Shown piece after piece: positions 24,177 to 38,347 of a DNA stretch of 64,000 bases. How positions within the stretch are numbered: the stretch's first letter is position 1; each line of letters starts with the position of its first letter. The position numbers and the translations under genes were made by a program. Source of the DNA: Paramecium tetraurelia. Its lineage: Eukaryota. The DNA lies in contig CT868596.1 in NCBI GenBank assembly GCA_000165425.1, positions 124,001-188,000 on the forward strand, read 5' to 3'. The notes beneath the pieces are model-generated. The model ran no database searches. It saw nothing but the letters and a program-made list of their open reading frames with translations, and was not told where the DNA came from.

Positions 24177-25751
24177 ATGATAATTTATGTTTTATATGCA
24201 GTTTTGGGTTTGATCCTATATCTATTTGTTATGAAACCATTGACAGAGATGATCAAGTTAAAATTTCAATTCGGAAAGGAATGTAAGATTTGTTTCACTG
24301 TTTTTGGAAAGGAAATATTTGATCAACTAAAAGAAACAAAGGAAAACAAAAACCCCAGAGATATATTCAATAAGTAGAAAACAGCATACAATAAATATCA
24401 ATACAAATTTTTTGTGACCAATATGCTTTGGATTATAAGAATTTCTATTGCCGATCCTTTATATCAAAAAGAGGCTCTTATAAATCATGATTTATATTAA
24501 AAAGTGGATCCTGTGTGTCATAAGTATATCATTTCATGAGATTTTAGTGATTTATTATCTAAAGGACTTGTGTGGTCAAAAGGTGAATAATGGAAAAAAT
24601 AACGAAAACTATTATCAAGTTCTTTTGAATTTGATGCTTTAAAGAAAAAAGTACCTATGATAAATGAGATTACTTAAAGTAAAATAGAGAAATTTTCAAA
24701 TGAAAATGTTTTATCGTCCTTGCAGTCTATCACTGGTCTAATAGTAATTAAAAGCTTTTTTGGGATACAAACAGATCAAATATACATCAACAACACAGAA
24801 TTACAAGTAGAAATTGCTAATATTATGAATGAAATGGCATATATGAGATTTAAATCTTAAATTTAATCTACAAAAAGACTCATTTTTGGTACAAAGGCTT
24901 GGAAGATTTTTCCAACTAAAGAAGAAAAGAGATTATTGCAAAGAGTGAAAGACATGAGATCAATAGTTGGAGATTTAGTATAATAAAGAATAAAGTATTT
25001 TGAAGATTCAAATAATTCAAAGAATAATACTATTAATGAAAACTTTTTAAATATCTTGGTGAATGAGTATCTTAAAATAACAAATAAATAATAACAAGAG
25101 GCCACATTTGATTAGATTATTCAAGAATTCATCACATTGTAGTTTGCTGGGACTGACACAACAGCAGTACTATTACATCATTGTCTATATTTTTTGGCTT
25201 CTTATCCATAGGCTTAAGATGAAATAAGAGGAGAAGTAAATCGATGTTGCCCTTCATCTTTTATTAATGAAAATGAAATTAATAATTTAAAGAGACTGTC
25301 AGCATTTATCAGCGAGGTATTGAGATTAAAAAACCCAGCTATGAGACCTATAATTAGGGTGGCAACCCAAGATCATAAGATAAAGGATTTATAAATTAAG
25401 AAGGGTAATAAATATAAATCTATTAGGTAAGGATGGCTAGTGTGCATTGATTACTTCTTATAAAATTAATCAGAAAAACATTTTGAAAATGCTGGACAAT
25501 TTGATTACACAAGATGGTTGTAGGATAGCCCAATCAAAGATGATAATAATTTTATTTATATACCTTTCTCTGCAGGTCCTAGAAATTGCATTGGATCATA
25601 AATGGCTTTGTTGGAAGTTAAGATCATATTAGGTTAAATCTTGAAATAGTATTAAATAACAAGAAATACCAATGTGGAAGTCTCATGGGAGATACATTTT
25701 AACCATTAACTCAGTCCAACGAATGCTGTAATTTTAAATAAAATAAAATGA
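24177..25751 (+). CDS. Cytochrome P450
   Basis: N-terminal TM anchor, WKKQRK, I-helix FAGTDTT, ExxR (EVLR), heme motif FSAGPRNCIG. Confidence 0.94.
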
Positions 25752-26044
25752 TTTAATCTTATTAAGTTTTTTAGAATTCATTGTAATTTTCAGAATTAAA
25801 TTTATAATTTACATAAAATATTGTATTCATTGCAATTATGTTATGAAATTATTGATAAAAGTATAATTGTTTAAAAAAGGAGCATTTTTATCATAGTAAT
25901 TTGGTTAAATTATTTTAAATCATAATGTGATAAATGTTGGAGATGAAATCAAGATAGAGTTTATAGATTTTGAGTAATCTACAAATTAGTCTTTGGTATT
26001 TTTTTTGAAATAATATTAAAAATAGTAACAATAGATTATATAAT

Positions 26045-27537
26045 ATGAGAAGATTAATATTTAACGCAGATTAAGTAAGAAGGGCTTCGACGGTTCTATA
26101 AAAGTTTGATATTAGATAAAGTTTAACAGGGTCAAAGTAAGAATCATATTAAAATTGAGCAACAAAGATCTGATTGATGTCATGGTTTATGTTTTATAAA
26201 AGCCTTGCGAGGTGAGAACATCAACGGATGTCTTTATGTTGAGGTCTGCAACTAGATCAATCGAGTTTTTCAATAACTTAGAGTCTGATTTATTGCATGA
26301 ATAATGTTGCAAATCATTGAAATATAAGTATTTGCCAGCGGGGCATTTCGTATTTAAGGAAGGTGATATTGGAGACAAATTTTATATCATAATAAGTGGG
26401 AGAGTGTAGGTTTTGAAGGACTTTAACCCAAATGATCTTTAAGCATCAATATATGATCATGAAATAAAACAACTATCGAATGGTGATACTTTTGGAGAGA
26501 GAGGAATGGATGTTGAAGCCACAAGAACAGCATCTTGTAGAACTCTTGAAAATTGTCATTTGGCTTATTTGGAGAGGGAAAGCTATTTAACAATTTTAAA
26601 TAATGTTAAGCATTTGATGAAAAAGACATATTTTGAGGAATTCGCTAATTTGGATTTGTTTCACAATTGGAAATTTCAAGACATCAAGGCATTCTATGAC
26701 AAAGCTTTTATAAAGAAGTATTCCATGAATGCCTGTGTGTATAAGGAAGGAGGTTCATTGGAATATGTGTATATTATAAAGAAGGGTGAATTTAAAATAG
26801 TGAAGACAGTATTAACATCCACAATAGATTTGAATGAGATGTTCATGGGAGATTTCGAGAAGATATTGTTAGGAATGAATCATAAATAGAAAACACTATC
26901 AGAGATATTTGAAGCAAAGTATCAAAGGAGAAAATTTGGAAATAATTATTATAAGCAGATGAAGAAACTTGTAACTATAAAATATATTACAAGTGGTCAA
27001 ATGTTTGGAGAAATGGAATTGCTAATGTAAAATCAAATCACAAGAACTCATTCGGTTTATTCTAATACTGATCAATCAGAATTATATTAATTAAAAGTAG
27101 AACATTTCGAAGCTATTCTCGATAAAATACCTTAAATTAAATAATAATGGATTCAACTTTCAGAACAGAAGAACAAAAACTTCATGAAGCAACTCTTGTC
27201 TTATGAAAAAAACTTTAATGATCTGACTGAGGCCAAAAAGGAAATCGAAAAAAACATCAATCTTGACTTTTTGGAGATTGGAACTAGTGAAAAACCAAAA
27301 CCAACAAAACCATTTCCCAGGATTGATACTGAAATCTCTACAACCAGAAAACAAAAATTCATCAAAACACAGTTAGAGATGCAATTGTAATAGCAAAGCA
27401 AAAAGAAATTCTTGATTAAAAAACAATACTAAAATAGCTATTTCTTCAATTCGACCACGTCAAGATTGAGGACTGACGAACAAGAATAAGAATAAACCCA
27501 AAATGAATACAATTTTGTCCATCTCACCTGTAAATGA
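26045..27537 (+). CDS. Tandem cyclic-nucleotide-binding-domain protein
   Basis: FKEGDIGDKFYIIISGRV...GDTFGERG...RTASC, and a second YKEGGSLEYVYIIKKGEF...GQMFGEME; one 23-nt intron near the 5' end. Confidence 0.85.
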
Positions 27538-27592
27538 GAATAATTAATATGTATATATATATATAGCTATTTATGTATTGCAACTATATGTT

Positions 27593-28188
27593 TCAACCTA
27601 TTTGGACTCCTCTCCCTGTAAAGGCTTGAAACTATCCTCTCTATGCTTATTGTTAAGGTTGAGCTGTAGCTTAATTGTAGTATGGTTGCTATTAGTATTA
27701 TTACTATTATTGATTATTATTCTATGCCCAATCATTCTATTGATCTGTTTGGATCAACCCTCCCATCTAATCGTATTGTAAGATTTTGAATTCTCTGTAT
27801 GCCAAAAATGCAACGTAACAAGCACCAATGTAATAGAAAAAGAGGATAAAATATGTTACTCCTATTCTTGTTGGTTAAAAGAATGAAATGCTCAATTCAA
27901 CATTCATACCAAAAAATATAAAAATCATCAATAACTAGATAAATAGAATTTAAATACATTTTATAAGAAGTAAAACACAGCAATCACACAATTGCAATAA
28001 TTCAATTATGCCCATGCCATATACAGTATGAATATAGTAAAGAAATCATAAAATCCTGCCATTTATTGCAAGACGAACAATTTAATCAAGCCAACCACAA
28101 ATTAACTTACGCCTAAAATTTATAACATCTAAACTGCTTTTTTTGTTCCTTCAGTAGGTGGTGGAATCGATTAAAAAGGTATGCACAT
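27593..28188 (-). CDS. ~4-TM membrane protein with Q-rich tail and C-terminal SHP box (190 aa)
   Basis: MCIPFQSIPPP..., hydrophobic helices, AYREFK, ends FQAFTGRGVQIG-TGA; one 23-nt intron. Confidence 0.7.
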
Positions 28189-28233
28189 TTATATTATATT
28201 AATAATTAATAATTAATTATAAATTTATTTTTT

Positions 28234-29323
28234 TCAAACTTATACCTCTATAACCCCATTCCTTATTTCCACATCCTCGTATAAGTACTCTTTTAAATAG
28301 TCTTAAGTCAACGGTCCTATCACAGGAATGCCATTCTTTGAATGATTCCCTAAATTCTATAACAACTACTATACCTTTCCCCACAATTATTTTCAGTTTG
28401 ACTTATCGTAAATCCTCCTCGTATTTATACACTCGAATTTTCTCTATTAGTCCATCCAACAAACCTTTTATTTCCGCTTTATAAAAATTATGAAAATCCA
28501 CTCGACATAAACCATCCTAAGGATTTATAAGTTTCAGAAATAGTTCTTTGCCTGATTCTTACAGGAACTCTATTCTTTAAACATATACTTCCAGAGCATA
28601 CTTAAATTCTGCTTTATTTATTTCTTTGTTCTTTTTTAACTAGTAGAGATTCGCCTTTTTTTCCTATAAGAGTACCATCGTTTCTCTATTTTCATTTAGT
28701 TCTAAAGTTAATTTCTTTTTCCTTTCCTCTTCTTAAATTGATCTATTTATTTTTTGAGATTATTAACGAATATTTTGAGAATAACTTCGAGGTTATTTTG
28801 AAGAATAAGATCTTGTGGTTTTATATGATTAATTTCTCTACTAAGCAAAATAGTAATTTAAGAAGTTGTTAAATTAGTACCTATAATTTGCTTATTTCCA
28901 TTGATAGTATGGGGTATTTTCATTTTCATTCGAGTCTCTGTTTTCAAATTAGTATTTCTAATACATTACAATGACAAGCACAATGAAAAAAGCGATTGCA
29001 TACTACCAAGGTGTTAATTAAGGTGTTGCACTTTACTAGGGTATCAGAGATTCCAAAAATGTATATATATGCGAAATTATCATAAAGGGGATTGATATCA
29101 AATACCAAAGGAGGTTGAACAATTATGAAATTAAATACCATTTTAGTGATAATGTTGTACAAACACTTAAATAAATTACTTCAAAAATAATAGGAATAAG
29201 GTACTCTAATATTGATAATTTCAATTCGAAAATAGAACAAAGGGTAAAATAGATTGCGTAAAGAGTCCAATGAAATAGGAAGCGCAATAAAGTAAAATGA
29301 AGGCCTAAAAAAAGTGCAATCAT
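28234..29323 (-). CDS. Membrane-anchored Smr-domain (small MutS-related) putative endonuclease (354 aa)
   Basis: Continuous code-6 frame from hydrophobic MIALFLGLHFTLLRFLF...YAIAFFIVLVIVMY to RVDFHNF...LKIIVGK/GNHSKNGIPVIGPLTQDYL; one 25-nt intron. Confidence 0.72.
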
Positions 29324-29439
29324 AATTTATAATTAATTGTTAACAAAATTATTTTATTTAAAACCTTAGTTTACATCGACGCACTATTATTTTCCTTTAA
29401 ATACTGATCAATATAACATATTTTATAAAGAAATAAGAT

Positions 29440-31341
29440 TCAAATTATTACATCTATTTTCCCTTCAATAATTTCGATCTATTGTCCAAGATACTGTTAT
29501 AAATACTATTATGTAATTGGACCTATGATTGGTTATTAATTTTTAGAATGTAAACCTAAAAGCTTAAATATATCTTAAACCTTTGCCGACTATTATTTAT
29601 AATTTTAGTTTTTGTTATTTGTTGTAGAGTTTGTACGATTCGATTTTCTCAAACACTCCATCAAGTAGATTTTCAATTTCAGCCGAAAAAAACTTATGAA
29701 AATCAATTCTGCAAAACCCGTTTTCAATTACCATTAAATCAAGGAACAACTGCTTACCTATTTTCTCTAATTTTCTCTTCTCCACTGTTATTTATTACAA
29801 TTGCTAATTACATTACAATTCATTAATATGGCAAGCTTTAAAAATCAATAAAAAAAGTATTACTTTAATATTGTTTTATTACTTTAGCCTTTTGATCATA
29901 GATGGCAATAACTCGATCACGATTTTATTCGAAATCAGCTTTTTTTTGTTATTTAGTTTGTTAATCACACTATCATATATTGGAATAATACTTTTTTAAT
30001 ATCGAATTTTAAGTTCTGTATATCGATGATTTTGATGGCTGTTTAATATAATGATTGTCCTTCAACATTTTGAATTTTGTTAACCTTTTTAAATTCCTCT
30101 ATTTTGATATTTGTTTTAGTTAATTCAGCTTTGTCTTAGCTCTCTCTAGCTTTTTATTCTTCTTCAATTAATTGATTGATTTCTCTTATGATAAGTTTTT
30201 CTTCTTTAGGTTTCACACTTTATAGAAACTTTTCACAATTTTAAAAGTCGACTATCAACAATAATGACAATGCAATTTGAGAGTATTTAAGATAAGAAAA
30301 TTGATTGCACAACCTTTAAATTTGATTTTAGTAATTATTGATTTCAATTATTTTAATAGACTTGTCCTTATTCCCATACATAGTTTAAGTTAAACTTATT
30401 TTAGACTTTTCAATTTGTTCCAAAAAACTTGTAATGTTAATTCTAAATTCCTCACTTACAGCATCATCAAGTTATTCAATATTTCCATTATCAAATTGAT
30501 TGGTACTTTCTGGATCAACTTACTCCTCTTCACTCTCTTACTCATTTTGTTTTTGGTGTTCTTATTGGGCCTCGTTTTTTTTCTTATTCTTATTTTTTCG
30601 ATTTCCCCTTTTAGTTTTTTTCTTTTTGATTTTTACATTCTCTTGGTTGATAATTTCCTATGAATTATTTTCAATTATATCTTCATCTGAATCCCATAAA
30701 TTATTTTGGCTATAGTCAATCATCTAGATAGAATAATACTTTACCCCATCTTCTTCCAATTAAATTGCTTAAATTTAAGTAATTGGTAGCAAATAGGAAC
30801 ATTTTTCATTGTTGTAATATCTTTAAAAAATATCTAATTCTTGGAGTTGATTAGTCTCTTCATCAAAAGTGTAATTTTAAACAAGTACGTTTTCAACAGC
30901 TCCATAATCTCCATATTAAGGATTCATTTAGTCTAATTATTAGGATTGAGTATTGGATATTTGACAATCATAATGAGAGATATAATCAGGAAGTTTATCT
31001 GAATATTGATTGTAACTCGTCTCCATAAGTATTGCTCCAGAATTTTAATTGCTTTGATTATCTACTTATATTTGCTTAAATTGCATAGAACCATCTTAAG
31101 CTTAAGGTTGATTCAAAATCTACTATTGTTGAAATTTATCATCTTTCCAAGACTTAGAAGAGTTCTGATAATCAGTAAATTGCCGAAAATCATTTTCTGG
31201 TTCTATATATTTTTCCCCCTGCATTTACTCTTATGAAGCTTTGCCCAAACATACAACACTAAAATCATTTTATTCATTATAAGAAATTGTTTCATCATTG
31301 GTTTGATTGTTCTAAGATATTATTCTGATTCTGCTTTACAT
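29440..31341 (-). CDS. Soluble Smr-domain putative endonuclease
   Basis: Long hydrophilic N-terminus; C-terminal RIDFHKF...LQIIVGK/GLHSKNQQPIIGPITQQYL, paralogous to 28234-29323 with an intron at the same position. Confidence 0.72.
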
Positions 31342-31783
31342 TTTTTTATTAATTAATGAAATTATTGTATTAAGAAATTTTTAATCTTTAAAACGCAAAG
31401 TTGTGCTTTATAACTAAATATAATACGATTTATAGATCCAATAATAACAAGATAAATTTAAATTATCCAGAAAGAAAAGGTAAATACCAACAATATTCAT
31501 TTATACTTTATCACAGACAGAAAGCCTATCTTATAGACTATTATATGAGTGTGTGATCATATGTACATAAAATGAACAAGAACATCATATTGCAATTATA
31601 AAAGGATTTATTTTAATAATTTCCAAATGATTATAGTAAATTTTAAAAATAATGACTCTATTATAATGTATATTTATACTAATGAAGAAGTATTCAAAAG
31701 AAAATATAAAATTCAATCTATAATTGCATGATAGAATATAATAAAAAGTTTAATGAAACTTTTTTTTAAGAATGAAAAATAAA

Positions 31784-34700
31784 TCATATTAAATCATCTT
31801 GGACTACCATCTATCTTAGATTTCTATCTAATTGCACATCTAAAAATAATGAAGTTTGTGGAAGCAAGATTACAAAATTCTTTACTATATTAAACTCCCA
31901 CCTAAAGTATTTCTCTACAAGTGTTAACAATGCCAATATGCTAGTCAAAAGAATCACAATAAATGAAATATTTATAAACTTTTCTATAAAAATGAATATT
32001 TACAAACAACTATGAAATTAATTAATTTGTAGTATCAGTCAATTATTATTAAAACTAATCTCTCAAACTATTCAAATCATCATAAGCAATTAATCCTATT
32101 TCTAAGTCAGATTGTAAATCTATGACTTCAATTTTAAATTAATTCGTTGACTCATATTCATTCATAACATTATTTCTCACCTTATTTAAGGTCTCTATCA
32201 TGCCTCTACGCATCACTCCATCTAAAGAAGAATCACAATGTTATTGAGCAGTCTCTTGCTTATACTAAATATTAGATAATTTATACATCTGGCAAAAAAA
32301 TACAAATGTCTTTAACCATTAAATTATAGAAGTCAGTGACGAATTAATCAGATGTTATATATTGTGAAGAATCAAAGTTTTGAAACACCTATAAAAAAGT
32401 GTCAATTATTTTGATATGCGTCATAAATAGGTTAATGAAATCTGTGGCATTTTTATCTGAAAAGAAATAAATTTATGTTTCCTCTGCCTAAATAGTATAA
32501 CTGATTTCCCTCATTGAAAATACTCCGCTGCTGGCCATACTTAGATCTGATAACAAATTAAAAAATCTGGTCGATTCAGGATATTTAGTATAGAAATTTT
32601 AGGCTAATGAATTAGATATAAAGCAAAACACAAAGCAAATCCCATATATCGTAGCAAATGAAAAAATTGAAGGCAATTATTACATCTTTTATTGTAATAC
32701 TACTACTCCTTGCTAATTTGATTTATCTCTCTAAAATGCTTAGTTTTAAGCAATCCTATCCTTTTTTGTCTCCTCATTAATCAAAAAGACTTCCTTTGCA
32801 TCAAGATCGAATTAATATTTAAATAACACATCCGAATCCTTCATCAACAAACTTGCATAACCTCTATATCTATCTACATCCCTTTACAACCAAACAGTAT
32901 CTAAATATGAGAACAATTCCAAAAATTCATCATATTGCTATAGGTAATATTTGTAAAACAATATACACACAATTAGAAGCACTCCGCCTATAATTACAAT
33001 CGGGATTAATAATTAATACCAATTCTTAGAAACTTAAGTAGCCCTATTTGTAGAATAATCTAACATTTCTTCATTTAACTATTGACACAACTCTCTCAAT
33101 GGAATAAAATTCTTGTATAAATAAGTAAAAAACCCTTAGGTATAATCGATTTTATCATTAAATAAAAAGTCAGTCTTAATAAAATTTAATGAAGCCTCCA
33201 GCTCTAATTGAATTGCTTCTCTCAACCTAATATTATACTCTATTGTTTTAGGATAATCAGCCATCTAGATAATGACATATCTATCTTCAAAAAAAGGGTC
33301 AAGATACGGATTCTAGAGTTAGTTCTCAAAACTAGTCTTTAATTCATAAAATGTATAATTAATTTCATTATTTGCATAGATGGCTTCTTAAAAGGCTAAT
33401 TCTTTTGTCAAATAATTTCTTTAAAACAAAGCAGCATAGTTTGTTACAGCATTTTAGCCAACAATATAATTGTCAATTGGTCCAACTATGTTGGCTTTTA
33501 TTTAAAGCAGATCGATTTCTTTTAAAAATTAAGGTAGGTCTGAATTAGCATAAAACATTTCGATTGATCCAAACACTAGGAAATTAAGAAACATTAAAGT
33601 TAGCATATATTTCATATTGAGGAAATTATGAGAAAACTTTTAGGAATTTGTGAGTTTTTAAATTAAGTCATATCTCTTGGAAAATCTGGATTTCTTAATT
33701 CCTGCTAATGAACTTGTTTCAGAGCCATCTCCATTTATTTAATTTAGGCTTGGATCATTTACGAAGTTTTAAATCTGCATTTATTATTTAATGTTTTCTT
33801 GTAAATCCTTATCAATTTAATCTAATTATTAATCTTAGTTTTGATCGGCTTGCTTATTTTAAATGATGCTATTAATAAAATTACTAGACTCTTAATCTTC
33901 CCTTTAATCTAAAGCTGAAAAGTATTGTTATCGATTTTTGTCTTTTTTTTTGGAAATGGTATTATTCATCTATTATAAAGACACATCCTGCTTTTCCTCA
34001 ATTAACCTTGAGGCACTGTCTTTTGGACTTGCTAAAGCTATTGAAATATTCGGATAAATATGTTGAGAATTAGAATTATTGATATTTTAACTAATTCTTA
34101 ATCTCTATCCAAAATGATTTACCTCTTTTTCGTAATTCTCTAATAGTTCTAGAGCCTTAGGAGGATTCAGACAAAAACTTTCTTAATCTTCGATTATTTC
34201 AAAATTATTATCCATGTCAGTTAATTAAGCAAGATACTCTAAGTTATTATTCGTACTTATGGGTATTTCAGTTTAAAAAGGTGTTGAGAATTCTGTTTAG
34301 AGATATTTCTTAACATCTCTTATTTCTACAATAAGGTAGGAAAACAATTCCTATTTGACATTTCTTAAATGGAAGACGACATCTGCTGTTAATTAACTAG
34401 TATGTTCATTTTAATCCCAATTTATATTTTATTTCTTTTCAAATATATTGGGGTTTGGAACAATCATTTAAATTTAAGCATCACTTTAATCATAATTAGT
34501 TTACTTATCATCAAAATTATTTTAATCCTACACATCTTTTTGAAGAATTGAAGTTTTTGACAAGAATGATTCATAAATATTATGAAATCTTGGAAATACT
34601 TTGTTGATTTATTATTTAAATAACAGATCAATTAAGTTCTAATGGTATTGTTATTCATAACCTAATCTTTAGCCTATATTTTTAGTCATACATTATATTT

Positions 34701-37094
34701 TATAATTCTCACAACATAAAATATAAGCAGGTGATACTTAAGTATCTTAAAGGAATGTAACAAATGTCAGATCCTCAAAATTTGATAAATTTATATCAAA
34801 AAAGAAATCAATTGGTTTTATGCACTTATGGGTAGTTCTACAAAAACTTAAGTTTATTTATTTATAAAATTTAGATTCTCCACTCTACAAGAAATTTTAG
34901 ATTAATTTCTAATGAATCAAATCAAATCCTTAGGGCAAAATAGCCTCAATGAAGTTCATTTACTTAAATTACTCTTGAGTGTATCCAAAAAATTAATGAA
35001 TTAAATTTGAGGTAGATTACATTTATAAATAATGAGATTTTTTATCAAAGCCAAAGATAATGTAATCTAACTTGCTAGAAAATAAATCGATCGATATTTA
35101 TGACTACATCTTCAGTAATTTTTCATCTGAAATAGATGCAACTGTTGTCAATTTATAAGCTGAAAAATAATTGTTCATTAATTCTGCTTACAAAAATGTA
35201 TTCAAAGCTTACATTTTTCTGCTTGGAAATTAATCGTATAATTTTAGTAGTTCATTTTCAATTTTCTTAAATTTAATTAGCAAATTTTTAGAATTTGAAA
35301 ATATAGATCCAGATCCAGTATTTAATAAGATATTATTAAAATATTATCTCTTTCTATTTAAACTTGTGATTATCTTTTCCTTCAATCTTTTGTTTGCTGT
35401 TTCTGACATTAAAAATAAATTTACTGCGTGTTCAAGGTTCTCCTGCATTATACTTTATTTCCTCAAACCATTGCTCATTGACTTTTTTATAGAATCCTGG
35501 AGCATCCTGAGCTTGATTTAATTGATGAAGCTTAAATTCATAATTTTTACCCTCGTAAATTCATCATGCTCTAATTCATTCCTTTATCTTTATTGCGAAT
35601 GGCTTTTCTAATCTAAACTATGGCTGGACTCGACCTTATTGCTTTCACTTCTTTAATTGTTATATATATTTGATTTTGAACTAAAGAGTAGTAAATATAA
35701 TACTTAATTTCACTTTCATGAATGACCTAAACATTTGATTATTAAAAAGCTTTCGTGCTGAAACCCAGATAACTGATGAAGGATAAATAACGTAAAAACA
35801 TGCTTTGACGAATTGTCTTATCTTTTATTTCATTAATCACTTCTCCAAATAATTGAATTTATTCCTTCAAAAATATTGTGATAATTTATTCAAAATTCAA
35901 ATTACTAGTTTAACAATAACATAGGTTAGATTAGCAAGATTCTTTGTGAATCAATTAAAAATTATATATGAATGCCATATTTTGCTTATTCTCTATGTGA
36001 GAATTGTAGACTACTCCGAATTTTAAGAATATTTCAGCTATTTTGTATTGTTATTAATAAGCATTTAATGTATTTTTTCTATTTAATAAAATCTTCTCGT
36101 GAAATTCTTGAAATGAATTCAAGACAATATGAATTAGTAATGGATATGAGACTATAAATAATAGGGAATCTTTGCGATCGAAATCATTTTCTTGAATTTA
36201 CAAAATTAATAAAATTATCAAAATGGTTAATTGTGCGGTTAGGCCAATTAATTCAACATATGTTTTATAAAACAATGAAATGAAATACAATAATTATGAC
36301 TAAACACAAAAAATCAGTTTTAAAGCTAACAAAGTAAATATTAAATAAAACTTAATTGTATGATCTGCATTTAATTAATTTATTAAAATCACTAGCAATA
36401 TTGACATCTATTACCAATACAAGCTGAAACTTTATTGCAATACACCGAAGTTTTGTTGAGTTATTTAATTGAACTCAAGATTGCATATCATTTAGGCAAT
36501 CATATTCAGGATTACAATTATCAATGTGATTATGGCAAAAATAAGATTTCCTACATTGACATCATTCAATTATGAATTATGTGAAATAGAAGCCACACTA
36601 AGTTCAATCAAATTAGCAAAGACAAGGTGAAAGTGAAAAGCTTATATAAAAGTCAATATTGTCATTAAAATAATAAAAAATCTATTTTATTAATAAAATG
36701 TCTCTAGTAGTTTTTGGTACTTGGATTTCCCATATTTGTGATTTATAAATAGTTTAAGCACCAAGGAATAATAAATTAGATTAATTGCTAGGGGTATAAA
36801 ATAGGAATATCGATAAAAGTTCTCATCTAGAATTTTATAAGGTCGAGTGAATTCAGCCACGAGGATGAGGCATTTCATGAAACTAAACGATCCATTATCA
36901 GTGATGTAATAATTTTCAAAGAGAAAACTAATCTCTTATAGGTATGACATAATTATAGTAATTGAAAATAAAAGGGGAGGTATTTTGATGATATGATCTT
37001 CATATAAGATTCTAAATTAAAGAGAAAACTCCATGATTTGCACCAGTAATTTCTTTTTAAATTTTGGTATGTTTGATATTGTTTTTTCCTTCAT
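31784..37094 (-). CDS. Large multi-pass membrane protein, probably PAS-domain/TmcB-like ciliate family
   Basis: About 5.3 kb code-6 gene from MKEKTISNIPKFKKKLL... with an N-terminal TM cluster, helical region, PAS-like INKVFPRFHNIYESFL, S-rich linker and further TMs; ends VVQDDLI-TGA. Confidence 0.62.
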
Positions 37095-37194
37095 AAATCA
37101 ACAATTTCAAACTTAAATAATTTAGTATTAATTTACAAATCAATTAAATTAATAAATATATATATAGATAACAATTTTGGTAATCATAGTTCTC

Positions 37195-38347
37195 TCAATA
37201 TTCATTGACAATAGAATTATGGCATTCTATGTAATCAATATTCATCTAATGCTTCTGATAATTGAGTCTAACGAATTCCTCGTAATCTTACTAATTATGT
37301 ATTTGTAATTGAATTTATTAACTATTTTCTTGATCTTAATCTTCTTCTTTTTTGATAGGTTGGTGCATTTCATAATATGGGTTCCATTATTCATAAGGTA
37401 TAGGATGCAGTAATTGTTTATCATACATCATCATTAATTATTCTTAATCAAAATGATGCTATTGAAGATTGACTTCCTCTATGATATTAATGGATTGGTC
37501 TTACCTGCCTTTGGAATATCACAGGAGGGATTCTTCTTCTTTCTTCCAGCTCTGCTTCTTTCACTCCGAGGCAAGCGCTTTCCATTTTCACCCCTCAAAG
37601 CATAGGGATTAAATTTTTGATGATGGCTTCTGCATTGGCTAGGAGTTCTCGTTCCAATAAGTTCGCTCATTTATTTGAATATTTTCGAGGTTTTTTTCAT
37701 CATAGAAGAAGTCATAATACTTTCATACTATTGAAGAAAGCCTATGTAAGTTGTATGCTCTTCTGTGGACCAGTGTCCAGTGTTAATGTTTTCTTTTTTT
37801 GGTTTCTTAGTCAATTGATGTTGCCCCTTTTGCTTTTAGGTTTGCTGGGAGCCTTCCTATGACCCTTGTGCTTCCTAATTTGAAATGATGTCAGATTGTA
37901 ATTTAGGGATAGGAGCTCCTTGTAGACAATGGAAAATAGAGTAAGGAGTGATTTATTTGGGACTATGTATAAGTAGTGGAATGAAGTACATTTGATCTTT
38001 TTAAATTAGAGAAGGAGGGGCAGACTCTTCGATTTGTTGTTTTGCGAACTCAAGGGTTTTTGGAAGTAATCCTTGAGAATCAGTATTTCTTGGTATAGTG
38101 ATTGAAGGTTTACTTGGTCTTCTTGCCTTTTTTGTATTTGTGGTGATGTATGACTTCATTATCAGGAAAGCAATCAATAGAGTATCCTGGGAATGAGGGA
38201 GGATAAGAGAACTAGGAAAGATAAGCGAATTCATTATGATTCTAATATGGGATGTATTCTTGAGAAATGTCTAAATTCTTTACTTTAGATATCTGAATCT
38301 AGTTGATATGCAAACGATTGGTCACCCTGGAAGAAATATGGTTACAT
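37195..38347 (-). CDS. Myb/SANT-domain (SHAQKYF-like) transcription factor
   Basis: NTGHWSTEEHTTYIGFL...FKQMSELIGTRTPSQCRSHHQKF. Confidence 0.85.
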
